Source of the DNA: an uncultured Veillonellaceae bacterium
Lineage (GTDB): Bacteria > Bacillota > Negativicutes > JARBTT01
Assembly: GCA_963805085.1 (NCBI GenBank)
Contig: CAWDTA010000002.1
Span: forward strand, 416,001-480,000
Direction of reading: 5' to 3'
DNA: 64,000 nucleotides
Positions 1-8,524 of the stretch are shown here, piece after piece. Below the pieces are notes generated by a model. That model did no database searches. It had not been told where the DNA came from and saw only the letters and a program-made list of their open reading frames with translations. Numbering within the stretch: position 1 is the stretch's first letter; the number at the start of each line of letters is the position of its first letter. The position numbers were made by a program, and so were the translations under genes.

Positions 1-511
1 CCAGCGGCCCAAATAATTTATCCTGGCTGACATTTTCCATTTGCGACGCCACTTCACTAATTTGCGCTGTTAAATAACCCAAAACAACGCCGACTTGCGA
101 TACCAGTTGTTTTGCTTTTTCCGCAGTTTTTTGTAATTTTCTTAACCGAATCTCTAAATCATTGCGTTGCTTAATCAGATTTTGTTCTTGCTCATGCATG
201 ACTGCTAAACGCACCTGTAAATTTTTAGTTTGATCATAACACAACTTAATATCCGCTTCATTATACGTTTGAAAGTTGCCACTTACTTGCATCAGTCGCT
301 GCCGTGATTGCTTTTCCAGTTTCGTAAGTTCATCTACTTGATTTATCGTTACTTCCAGGGTTTCTTTCATCACATCAATGTCAGTTTGTACGCAGATTAC
401 TTCATTGCGTGCACCTTCGTAAATTTCAAAAATTTGCGTTTTGCTGTCTTCCATTACCTGCATCGTATTTTTGATTATACTATCCAGCTTTTTTTCATCA
501 ATGATTGCCAT
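1..511 (-). CDS. degS: DegS-like sensor histidine kinase, N-terminal part (runs off the window start)
   Basis: Not in the ORF track. Manual translation from ATG 511 gives MAIIDEKKLDSIIKNTMQVMEDSKTQIFEIYEGARNE...RQRLMQVSGNFQTYNEADIKLCYDQ...QRNDLEIRLRKL...LVSQVGVVLGYL, open to base 1; resembles the DegS coiled-coil sensor domain; AAGGA RBS upstream. Confidence 0.85.
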   Translation of the reverse strand, partial: MAIIDEKKLDSIIKNTMQVMEDSKTQIFEIYEGARNEVICVQTDIDVMKETLEVTINQVDELTKLEKQSRQRLMQVSGNFQTYNEADIKLCYDQTKNLQVRLAVMHEQEQNLIKQRNDLEIRLRKLQKTAEKAKQLVSQVGVVLGYLTAQISEVASQMENVSQDKLFGPL

Positions 512-617
512 AATTATCATCCTTAATAATTTGTATTTCTGCTAACCGTATCCATCTTTCTTCTTTTTGATTCGCTAAAAAAGTTAAAAACACCTGCAAT
601 AATTTTTCTATTGCTAG

Positions 618-748
618 TTATCAACAAAATATTATGTTGTGGATAACTCCTTATCCACATGAATTAAGGTTTATTTTTCTACATAAACTCACATTATAAC
701 GGTAGTTATCCACAATTTTATCCAGAATGTTAATAAAAAAGTGGATAA
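618..748. promoter_or_regulatory. DnaA-box cluster
   Basis: Perfect TTATCCACA at 638-646 (-), 651-659 (+), 706-714 (+); one-mismatch boxes (vs TTWTNCACA) at 618-626, 675-683, 718-726, 728-736 (-), 740-748 (-). Confidence 0.8.
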
Positions 749-750
749 CT

Positions 751-784
751 TAAAAAGTCTGTCCCCAAAAGGACAGACTTTTTA
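751..784 (-). terminator. Intrinsic terminator downstream of the decarboxylase
   Basis: TAAAAAGTCTGTCC-loop-GGACAGACTTTTTA inverted repeat with A/T tails. Confidence 0.8.
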
Positions 785-793
785 TCAATATAT

Positions 794-1933
794 TTATTTT
801 TCCGTCAAAATTTTGACATCTTCCCAGACAATCATTGGCGTTTTCGCAAAACCATTAAATTCTGTTGCGGATGCAGAAGTATAAGCACCACAATTTGGCA
901 CGAGCAATACATCGCCAATTTCAAGATCGACACTCATTTTGTCTTTAAATAAGACATCAATCGAATCACAACTTGGGCCAGCAAACGTAACTGGTTTTTT
1001 CTCCCCATCTTTAAATGGATCGAGTTCAAAATCCCAATGGTCAAAGATAATGCCCGAGAAACAACCATATACGCCTTCATCTAAGAAGTACCATTCTTGA
1101 TTATTTCTTTGGTGGGTTCCAATGACACTTGTAATCAAGTTCACTGCCGTACCACAAAGGTAACGACCCGGTTCTGCCCAGATTTCCGTATGAGGAAAAA
1201 GTTCATCTAGCTTTTCCCCAATTCCTTTGGCTATACTAAGTACGTCAACTTCAGTTTCTAACGTTGGAATCGGTAATCCTCCACCGATATCCAAAATTCG
1301 AAGATCAAAGCCTTCCTGCTCTGCTTCATCATATAGCTTACGACAAATGTTCAATGCTTCTATATGAGCTTCAGCTGTTGGTGATTGACTTCCTACATGA
1401 AAACATAAGCCGCCAACATCGAGCCCTTGATCACGTGCTATTTTTAATAACTTAATCGCATCCTCTGGAGCTGCGCCAAATTTTTTATTCAGATCAACCA
1501 ATGCTTTCGGATTGTCCACACGAATCCGCAGTAATACCATACCGCCTGGTATCGTTTGTGCCATCTTATAGATTTCGCTTTCACTATCAAAAGTAAATTT
1601 ATTTACACCCGTATTTTTAGCTACTGCAAGGCCTTTTGGCGTTTTAAATGGATTCGCATAAACCATACGGTCAGCTGAAATTCCCATTTCTGTTAACTGT
1701 AACATTTCACCGTCAGAAGCTACATCAAAATGCGACCCTAACTCAGCTAACTTTTGCACAATCCGCGCATTTGGATTTGCCTTTACCGCATAAAACACCT
1801 TAACTTTAGGCAAAACTTTTGCTAAAAATTGGTAGTTATACGTAACTTGTTCCAAGGACACCACGAGCAACGGAGTTGTATACTCCTCAGCTAGGTGGTT
1901 CACTACATCTTTTGTTAGTCGAAAACTTTTCAT
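794..1933 (-). CDS. ldc: Fold-type III PLP lysine/ornithine decarboxylase (Selenomonas Ldc/Odc type)
   Basis: FYAVKAN (PLP Lys), FDVASDGE, FHVGSQ, LDIGGG, EPGRY, GPSCDSID, GAYT motifs; start MKSFRL at 1933 after GGGAGAGGG. Confidence 0.88.
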   Translation of the reverse strand: MKSFRLTKDVVNHLAEEYTTPLLVVSLEQVTYNYQFLAKVLPKVKVFYAVKANPNARIVQKLAELGSHFDVASDGEMLQLTEMGISADRMVYANPFKTPKGLAVAKNTGVNKFTFDSESEIYKMAQTIPGGMVLLRIRVDNPKALVDLNKKFGAAPEDAIKLLKIARDQGLDVGGLCFHVGSQSPTAEAHIEALNICRKLYDEAEQEGFDLRILDIGGGLPIPTLETEVDVLSIAKGIGEKLDELFPHTEIWAEPGRYLCGTAVNLITSVIGTHQRNNQEWYFLDEGVYGCFSGIIFDHWDFELDPFKDGEKKPVTFAGPSCDSIDVLFKDKMSVDLEIGDVLLVPNCGAYTSASATEFNGFAKTPMIVWEDVKILTEK

Positions 1934-2185
1934 ATCCCTCTCCCATTCTACTTTTAAAATTTTATACTGATACAATTATTTTGTTATATCGTTATGTATT
2001 ATTTCCCGTTAAACGGGAAAATCCTGCAAAAACTTTAAGATAATCTATAAAACATTTTATGGCAAAAGTATTTTGTAGGGAAATTCACGATAAAAATCAC
2101 AAAAGCTAACAATACGCCTTATAAAATCATGTTATCTTTCCTATTTTTATCATTGTGTATTGTTAGCTATTTGTTCTAATACTAC

Positions 2186-2545
2186 CTACCTTCTCGGATA
2201 GCAGCCATACCCGTAAAAGCCATAACCATAATTAAATCCATACGGGCGACAATAGTTCCCATACCCACTATAATAAAGATATGGATAACAACCATGTCTT
2301 GGTGCACAATGATAATTACCATATCCATACGGATGGCATACACCTTTCCTTGGGCTGCACACACCAAACCCGTATGGCATTGGATAACATCCTTTTTGAT
2401 AAGTACCCACTACCACGCGCTCACCGTCACAGCCCTCAGATTCCTCGCAGTAATCCTCAGATTCCTCGCTGTAGTCCTCTTGGAAATCTTCTATCTCTGG
2501 CTGTTCCCATTTGGGCTTTTTATCGTCTTCATGCTTATTTGTCAT
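2186..2545 (-). CDS. Small protein with acidic N-half and Cys-x-Pro/Tyr-Gly repeat C-half; function unknown
   Basis: GAGGTG RBS before MTNKH at 2545; seven CxP motifs; tandem EDY[S/C]EES repeat. Confidence 0.7.
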   Translation of the reverse strand: MTNKHEDDKKPKWEQPEIEDFQEDYSEESEDYCEESEGCDGERVVVGTYQKGCYPMPYGFGVCSPRKGVCHPYGYGNYHCAPRHGCYPYLYYSGYGNYCRPYGFNYGYGFYGYGCYPRR

Positions 2546-2686
2546 ATGACACACCTCACTTATAAAATACAGAATCAACACCTACTGCATCATATGAAGC
2601 AAAACTACATTCAGTGAACCATTTTTGAAAGATAACAAACGGACTCTAGCGCCACATACCATATTCACTGCGGTTACTCTAGCAAA

Positions 2687-3529
2687 CTAACCATGTACCA
2701 GTAGCCCATTTAAAATCAAGGCAAGATGGGTAATCTTACTGTTAAAATAAACGTCCAGCAGTAAAGAAAACACAAAAGCCACTGCAACAAAGCTGGCAGC
2801 CCACCCCACAGACGACACCTTATCGAACATACTCACCATCCCGCTATTTCTACGTGGAGACACAGTTTTCATCGGTATCGGCAGTAACGCTGGCTTAGCC
2901 TCGCATGGCACAGGATACTGTTTTGTTTCATTGATCTGGTCACGAATTTTTTCAAATTCCAAATCAGCAAACTCTAGAAGTCCAGCCAGTCTCGAAAAAT
3001 GCCGGCGTGTTTCATCCGTAACATTGGCTTGATTCTTGTACTCTAAATCATGCTCAATTTCAGCCCAGGCATGTTGCAAAATAGACCGGATTTGAATTTC
3101 TACTTTACACTCTTTGAACTGCTCATATTCAGGCAATTTAGCCTGCTCAGCAGATAGATTTACAATCAAATGTAACGATAAGTAGCCAAAACGATCTGGC
3201 GCCAACATCTTTCGTTTATCTACAGAATTGTCTTCGTCAACACAAAATTCTTGGCGAATGAGCTTTGCCACTTGATCAATCTGATCTTCATAATACGTAA
3301 TAATGCGAATGCCCACTAAATCAGTAATTTTTTCTAAATGATCATATTTATGCCCAGCATTGGCAACTTTATTTTCTAAACTATCTTTTGTTTTTGTTCG
3401 ACTAGCGACTGAATGGATTGGTATATTTTGTTTATGTAAAATAAGTTCCACTAAGGATTTCATTTTATCCGTAAAAGTTTGATAAAAAGTATACTGTTCT
3501 TCATATTTTTCGATTATTTCTGTATTCAT
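2687..3529 (-). CDS. RelA/SpoT-domain small alarmone synthetase with C-terminal hydrophobic helix
   Basis: RTKTKDSL, ITDLVGIRII, GYLSLHLIV, EIQIRSILQHAWAEIEHDLEYK; tail VGWAASFVAVAFVFSLLLDVYF; GGAGG RBS before ATG 3529. Confidence 0.85.
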   Translation of the reverse strand: MNTEIIEKYEEQYTFYQTFTDKMKSLVELILHKQNIPIHSVASRTKTKDSLENKVANAGHKYDHLEKITDLVGIRIITYYEDQIDQVAKLIRQEFCVDEDNSVDKRKMLAPDRFGYLSLHLIVNLSAEQAKLPEYEQFKECKVEIQIRSILQHAWAEIEHDLEYKNQANVTDETRRHFSRLAGLLEFADLEFEKIRDQINETKQYPVPCEAKPALLPIPMKTVSPRRNSGMVSMFDKVSSVGWAASFVAVAFVFSLLLDVYFNSKITHLALILNGLLVHG

Positions 3530-3628
3530 CTCTTGCCTCCTGTAAAACGCCATTTTTATCTAGCGAATATAACTGATGAAATCAATCAAAAGCGTATAGA
3601 GCGCTTTGTTAAACTATCTATATCGTAA

Positions 3629-3683
3629 GCATACTGCTCATTTATGAAATATTTATGAAAAATTCATGAAGTTTTTATGACAA
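3629..3683 (-). promoter_or_regulatory. Four 11-bp-period direct repeats (Pho-box/OmpR-family-like) plus -10 box for the alarmone synthetase gene
   Basis: TT[T/C]ATGA[A/C] at 3641, 3652, 3663, 3674; on the minus strand the last TTCAT is followed after 10 nt by TATGCT. Confidence 0.6.
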
Positions 3684-3741
3684 AAAAATAGTTTGTTGCA
3701 TCTTTTTATCCCTATTGTGAGAAAACCTTCTTTAATATAGT

Positions 3742-3777
3742 AAAAAAAAGCCGTTGCAGATTTACAACGGCTCTTTT
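3742..3777 (-). terminator. Terminator of the met transporter operon
   Basis: AGCCGTTG-loop-CAACGGCT stem with a U8 tail on the minus strand. Confidence 0.75.
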
Positions 3778-3794
3778 GCTATACTAGCTTTCAA

Positions 3795-4625
3795 TTAAAA
3801 TGCAGGTAAAATTGCACCTTTGTATTTTTCATTGATGAATTTTTTTACTTCTTCAGATTGCATTGCTTTTACAAGTTTTTGAATTTCAGGACGATTTTCA
3901 TCACCTTGGCGAGCAACTAGGATATTTACATATGGAGAATCGCTTTGTTCAATGAATAACGCATCTTTTGAAGGTACTAATTTTGCTTCAAGTGCGTAGT
4001 TGGTATTGATCACTGCGATTGTTACATCGTCTAAAGAACGAGGAATCTGCGCAGCTTCTAATTCTTTGAAATTCAATTTTTTAGAATTTTGTACCACATC
4101 AGCAACAGTACCGTTGATCCCTACACCATCTTTTAATGTGATTAATCCTGCTTTTACTAAAAGTGCTAAAGCACGCCCACCATTTGTTGGATCATTCGGA
4201 ATAGCTACGGAACTGCCTTCTGCAAGTTCATCAAGTTTTTTAATCTTTTTAGAATAAACGCCCATTGGTTCAATATGAATACCAGCAACACTAACTAGCT
4301 TTAAGTTACGTTCTGCACAAAATTTTTCTAAGTAAGGCGTATGTTGGAAGAAGTTAGCATCCAACTCTTTATCAGACACTGCTAAGTTTGGTTGCACATA
4401 ATCGCTAAATTCCACGATTTGTAAATCAATCCCTTCTTTTGCAAGCAAAGGTTTTACAACTTCTAAAATTTCAGCATGCGGTACTGCAGTAGCACCAACT
4501 TTTAATACTGTTTTTGCGGAATTATCTGCCCCTTTATCCGCTGCTGGCGCTTCCGATTTGCCACAACCTGCTACGGCAAATACCACCATTAATAAAGTAA
4601 CAAGCACTAAACTAATTTTTTTCAT
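3795..4625 (-). CDS. metQ: MetQ/NlpA methionine ABC transporter lipoprotein (distal copy)
   Basis: Lipobox VAGC, VGATAVPHAEIL, DYVQPN, FQHTPYL, IPNDPTNGGRAL, SPYVNILV. Confidence 0.92.
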   Translation of the reverse strand: MKKISLVLVTLLMVVFAVAGCGKSEAPAADKGADNSAKTVLKVGATAVPHAEILEVVKPLLAKEGIDLQIVEFSDYVQPNLAVSDKELDANFFQHTPYLEKFCAERNLKLVSVAGIHIEPMGVYSKKIKKLDELAEGSSVAIPNDPTNGGRALALLVKAGLITLKDGVGINGTVADVVQNSKKLNFKELEAAQIPRSLDDVTIAVINTNYALEAKLVPSKDALFIEQSDSPYVNILVARQGDENRPEIQKLVKAMQSEEVKKFINEKYKGAILPAF

Positions 4626-4646
4626 TGTTTTTACCCCCATTTAAAA

Positions 4647-4779
4647 TTTATCCGATGACTAACCCGCTCTAATACTCCCGTCTTTTTCAAGCGAGAATAA
4701 AGAACGGCTAAGCCCCTGGATTCTTCCGACTAAGGTTCAGATGGAGTTAAAATTCCACCTAAACCAAGTCTTCATTTAT
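4647..4779 (-). repeat. Structured ~130-bp dispersed repeat, copy 1
   Basis: Colinear with 7405-7531 (shared TTTATCCGATGACTAA...CTCTAATACT...CCCTGGAT...CGACTAA...AACCAAGTCT); two hairpins. Confidence 0.75.
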
Positions 4780-4854
4780 CGAAAGACAAAATAGGTCTAT
4801 CCCCACTTTAAATAAGCATAAGAACCTCTTTGTCCTTAGATTACAATATCATTT

Positions 4855-5508
4855 TTATCGTTTATTCAATTTATTAGCAACATAATCACCGAGAGATTGT
4901 ACCAACTGCACCTGAATAATCAAAATAACAACGGTTGCCAGCATCACATCACCACGGAAACGTTGATAGCCATAGCGAATTGCTAAATCCCCCAAGCCAC
5001 CGCCGCCGATAGCTCCAGCCATCGCCGAGTAACCAATTAAACTAATCACCGTAATTGTCAGCCCCGAAATGAGCGAAGGCATTGCTTCGGGAATCAGCAC
5101 ATGGCAAATGATTTGCATTGGTGTTGCCCCCATCGATTTGGCTGCTTCGATAACACCATACTCTACTTCTTTTAATGAAGTTTCAACTAAACGACCCACA
5201 AAAGGAATAGCCGCAAGTGTAAGCGGTACGATTGCTGCATTCGTACCAATAGATGTACCAACGATCACTCTTGTAATTGGAATTATTGCTACCATTAAAA
5301 TAATGAAGGGTGTAGAACGCGCTGCATTGGCAACCGCGCCTAAAACACGATTCAACGCTAAATTCTCTAAGATATGCCCCTTATCGGTTGTTACCAAAAT
5401 AACTCCCAATGGAATACCGACTAGCGCGGAAATGAGGGACGATATAAATACCATATAAGTTGTTTCGCCAAGTGCCTTAACGAGCAATATGATCATGTCT
5501 TCCGACAT
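4855..5508 (-). CDS. metI: Methionine ABC transporter permease
   Basis: RSTPFIILMVAIIP, EAAKSMGA EAA loop, GGGGLGDLAIRYGYQRF. Confidence 0.93.
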   Translation of the reverse strand: MSEDMIILLVKALGETTYMVFISSLISALVGIPLGVILVTTDKGHILENLALNRVLGAVANAARSTPFIILMVAIIPITRVIVGTSIGTNAAIVPLTLAAIPFVGRLVETSLKEVEYGVIEAAKSMGATPMQIICHVLIPEAMPSLISGLTITVISLIGYSAMAGAIGGGGLGDLAIRYGYQRFRGDVMLATVVILIIQVQLVQSLGDYVANKLNKR

Positions 5509-6535
5509 AGCCAATCACCTCAATTCCTAAGTTTCTCTCTTGTAAATATTTTAAGGAGTTTTCAATATCCCCATCTCCACCAGTGATTTCAAGGACAAGT
5601 GTCCCGTAAGGCGTAGATTTAATATGATCCACATTACCATAAATAATATTGGCATCCACATTAAATCTACGAATCAAGCCTGAAATAACCGGTTCATCGG
5701 CTGATGATCCGATAAAAGATAAACGCACAAGTAAGCTGCTATCTGGAATTGGCGTTGGTGATATTTCGGCATCTTTAAACGCCTCTGGTATATCATGGTT
5801 GATTATAACACTAATAAATTCTTTGGTAATCGCAGCTTTTGGATTGGTAAATACCTCAAGTACCGTACCTTCCTCGGCGATAACACCTTTTTCAATAACC
5901 GCAACTTTATCACAAATTTCTTTGATGACTTGCATCTCATGTGTAATCAATACCACAGTTAATTGTAACTTTTGATTGATATCTTTAATCAATGCAAGAA
6001 TCGACTTTGTGGTTTGTGGATCAAGCGCTGAGGTAGCTTCATCGCAAAGTAATACTTTTGGATTACTCGCAAGCGCTCTAGCGATACCAACACGTTGTTT
6101 TTGACCACCAGAGAGCTGCGCTGGATATTGGTCGCGTTTATCCGTAAGACCAACAAGTTCCAATAATGGCGCAACCGTTTTTTCTATATCAGCTTTACTT
6201 TTACCAATCAATTTTAATGGAAATGCAATATTATCATAGACCGTTGCCGATGAAAGCAAATTAAAATGTTGGAATATCATCCCAATATTTTTACGGGCTG
6301 CTCTAAGTTCGGTAGCATTCATCGCTGTTAAATCTTGTCCATCAACAACTACCGTCCCTTGGGTTGGGCTTTCTAGCATGTTAATGCAACGGATCAAAGT
6401 ACTCTTCCCAGCACCACTAAGTCCGATCACTCCATAAATTTCACCACGTTCTACATGAAGATCTATACCTTTGATCGCATGAACTGGGCCGGACGCACCC
6501 TCATAAGTTTTTTCTATATTAGAAAGTTTAATCAC
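5477..6535 (-). CDS. metN: Methionine ABC transporter ATP-binding protein
   Basis: GLSGAGKST, LSGGQKQRVGIARAL, LLCDEATSALDP, C-terminal NIL domain. Confidence 0.94.
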   Translation of the reverse strand: MIKLSNIEKTYEGASGPVHAIKGIDLHVERGEIYGVIGLSGAGKSTLIRCINMLESPTQGTVVVDGQDLTAMNATELRAARKNIGMIFQHFNLLSSATVYDNIAFPLKLIGKSKADIEKTVAPLLELVGLTDKRDQYPAQLSGGQKQRVGIARALASNPKVLLCDEATSALDPQTTKSILALIKDINQKLQLTVVLITHEMQVIKEICDKVAVIEKGVIAEEGTVLEVFTNPKAAITKEFISVIINHDIPEAFKDAEISPTPIPDSSLLVRLSFIGSSADEPVISGLIRRFNVDANIIYGNVDHIKSTPYGTLVLEITGGDGDIENSLKYLQERNLGIEVIGYVGRHDHIAR

Positions 6536-6560
6536 TGACTTTCACTACTCCTTTAAACAG

Positions 6561-7382
6561 TTACCAAGCTGCGATTGTAGATCCTTTGAAATGCTCTTCA
6601 ATAAATTTTTTCACTTCATCGGATTGGTATGCCTTGATAAATTTTTTATAGACTGGATTATCTTTATCCTTCGTTTGAACTACAATAACATTTGCATAAG
6701 GGGAATTGCCCTCTTCAATCGCTAAAGAATCTTTTGTAGGTACCAAGCCAGCCATAATTGCAAAGTTCGTATTAATTACGGCAATATCAACATCTTTTAA
6801 TGAAAGAGGTACTTGAGCCGCTTCCAATTCTTTGATTTGCAAATTCTTAGGATTTTCAGCAATATCAGCAGCAGTTGCATTAAGGTCAACATTTGGTTTT
6901 AATTTGATCAAACCAACTTTTTGTAAGAGTAGCAACGCACGGCCACCATTAGTTGGATCATTTGGTACGGAAACGATTGCGCCATCTTTCACATCCGCAA
7001 TTGCTTTTACTTTTTGTGAATAAATCCCCATTGGAAAAATAACGGTTTTGGCAATGCTTTCGATTTTATAGCCACGATCCTTCACTTGTTCATCCAAAAA
7101 AGGTTGATGTTGATAACTGTTAAGATCAATTTCACCTTGATTTAAGGCCATGTTTGGTTGCACATAATCGTTAAACTCAACAATTTCAACTTTAAGGCCA
7201 TCTTTTTCGGCTACTTTTTTTACTTCATCCATAATTTCAGCATGAGGACCTGCGGTTACCCCAACCTTTATTGAAGTTTTTTCTGCTTTCGCAGCTTCTT
7301 GGTTGCCACCACAACCTGCAAACAATACCATGCTAACAACCGCCAGCATTGCTATTGTTAATAAAGTTAATTTTTTTGACAT
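6561..7382 (-). CDS. metQ: MetQ/NlpA methionine ABC transporter lipoprotein (proximal copy)
   Basis: Lipobox FAGC, GVTAGPHAEIM, DYVQPN, PNDPTNGGRAL. Confidence 0.92.
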   Translation of the reverse strand: MSKKLTLLTIAMLAVVSMVLFAGCGGNQEAAKAEKTSIKVGVTAGPHAEIMDEVKKVAEKDGLKVEIVEFNDYVQPNMALNQGEIDLNSYQHQPFLDEQVKDRGYKIESIAKTVIFPMGIYSQKVKAIADVKDGAIVSVPNDPTNGGRALLLLQKVGLIKLKPNVDLNATAADIAENPKNLQIKELEAAQVPLSLKDVDIAVINTNFAIMAGLVPTKDSLAIEEGNSPYANVIVVQTKDKDNPVYKKFIKAYQSDEVKKFIEEHFKGSTIAAW

Positions 7383-7404
7383 TTGTCATACCTCCAAATA
7401 AATA

Positions 7405-7531
7405 TTTATCCGATGACTAATCCTCTCTAATACTTTCTTCTTAAAGGAAGTAAAGATCAACTAAGTCCCTGGATAATTTCGACTAAAGTTCTGTAAAGTT
7501 TTAGCTGAACCTGAACCAAGTCTCCATTAAT
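7405..7531 (-). repeat. Structured ~130-bp dispersed repeat, copy 2
   Basis: Homologous to 4647-4779; lies between the SAM riboswitch terminator and the metQ RBS. Confidence 0.72.
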
Positions 7532-7540
7532 CTGCAAATA

Positions 7541-7574
7541 CAAAAAGAGCTCTTTCCCTTATGGAAAAGAGCTC
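7541..7574 (-). terminator. SAM riboswitch expression-platform terminator
   Basis: Minus strand GAGCTCTTTTCC-ATAA-GGGAAAGAGCTC followed by TTTT. Confidence 0.8.
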
Positions 7575-7594
7575 GCATATATAACGGTTCTCTT

Positions 7595-7695
7595 CTCTCA
7601 TCTTCAGGAAAATTTCCTGCTGGAATTGGCACCACTGCATTTCTGCCGGTTGCCGGGTGTCATCGGGCCAGTCCCTCGACCTCTCTTGATAAGAG
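7595..7695 (-). ncRNA. SAM-I (S-box) riboswitch
   Basis: Minus strand CTCTTATCAAGAGAGGTCGAGGGACTGGCCCGATGACACCCGGCAACC...GGTGCCAATTCC...GAAGATGAGAG, upstream of a met transporter; TTGACA-17-TAGTAT promoter just upstream. Confidence 0.95.
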
Positions 7696-8038
7696 CTTAT
7701 GTATTTAACTATGCTATTGATACTATCATTTCTATTTTGCATTGTCAATACACATTTTCCATTTTACAGAACATGTTTATGAAAACCACTTCAAGCCTCG
7801 ATTCATAAAAAATAAGTGAACTGAGCACAATTTTTAAAAGTATACATATAAGAATAATATGTTTTAAATTATAACACTTAGAATCTGAATGTCAACCTAT
7901 TTGTTTTTCAAAAAAAATAAATACACCCTGTCCATTTTATAATTAGATGTATAATAAGGAAAATCTAGTTTTTATATGACATAACCTTGCTTTTATGCTA
8001 AAATCAATTTAGAATTTAAAATAAGACTGTAAAATTTA

Positions 8039-8476
8039 ATGATAGGTGTGATTATCTTGAGTATATTTTCAAAATTCTTTTCGAAAAAGCAGGCTCCGCA
8101 AGCTGTTCTTCCGAAAAATATGATTCCGAAAGAAAAAGAAACAATCCGTAAAATGTTTGGGATCTACTGCCAGAACAAACACGGGATAGCGAATGGCAAA
8201 AAACTTTGTCCGAAATGTACCGCCCTACTCGCAACCGTAATGCTGAAAATGAATAAATGCCCTTATGGCATCACAAAACCAATTTGTGATAAATGTAAAA
8301 CGCCCTGCTTTGGCACTGCGCAAACAAAAGAATTTCTTGAAGTCATGAAAGGTGCACAAACGAGAATGTTCTTCAAGCATCCGATCATGGCAATGAAACA
8401 TATGTTATACGGCATGAGAAGAGAAGCAAAAAAAGAAGACCCCAAAGACGTGAAAAACAAAAAAGATAAAAAATAA
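8039..8476 (+). CDS. YgbA-like (nitrous oxide-stimulated promoter family) Cys-rich protein
   Basis: EKETIRKMFGIYCQNKH...LCPKC...KCPYG..KPICDKCKTPCF...MFFKHPIMAMKH; start may be TTG 8057. Confidence 0.75.
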   Translation: MIGVIILSIFSKFFSKKQAPQAVLPKNMIPKEKETIRKMFGIYCQNKHGIANGKKLCPKCTALLATVMLKMNKCPYGITKPICDKCKTPCFGTAQTKEFLEVMKGAQTRMFFKHPIMAMKHMLYGMRREAKKEDPKDVKNKKDKK

Positions 8477-8524
8477 ACACAAAGGGATATTGCAGCTGCA
8501 ATATCCCTTTGTGTTTATTTTTTA
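8467..8524. terminator. Perfect 58-bp palindrome, bidirectional terminator
   Basis: TAAAAAATAAACACAAAGGGATATTGCAG|CTGCAATATCCCTTTGTGTTTATTTTTTA between convergent genes. Confidence 0.8.

Noticed and set aside
560-790. Replication origin (oriC)
   Set aside because: DnaA boxes are present but the flanking genes are degS and ldc; no dnaA/dnaN and no clear unwinding element, so it is called a box cluster only
7527-7808. ORFs 7527-7748 (-) and 7626-7808 (+)
   Set aside because: They overlap the SAM-I riboswitch and its promoter; spurious
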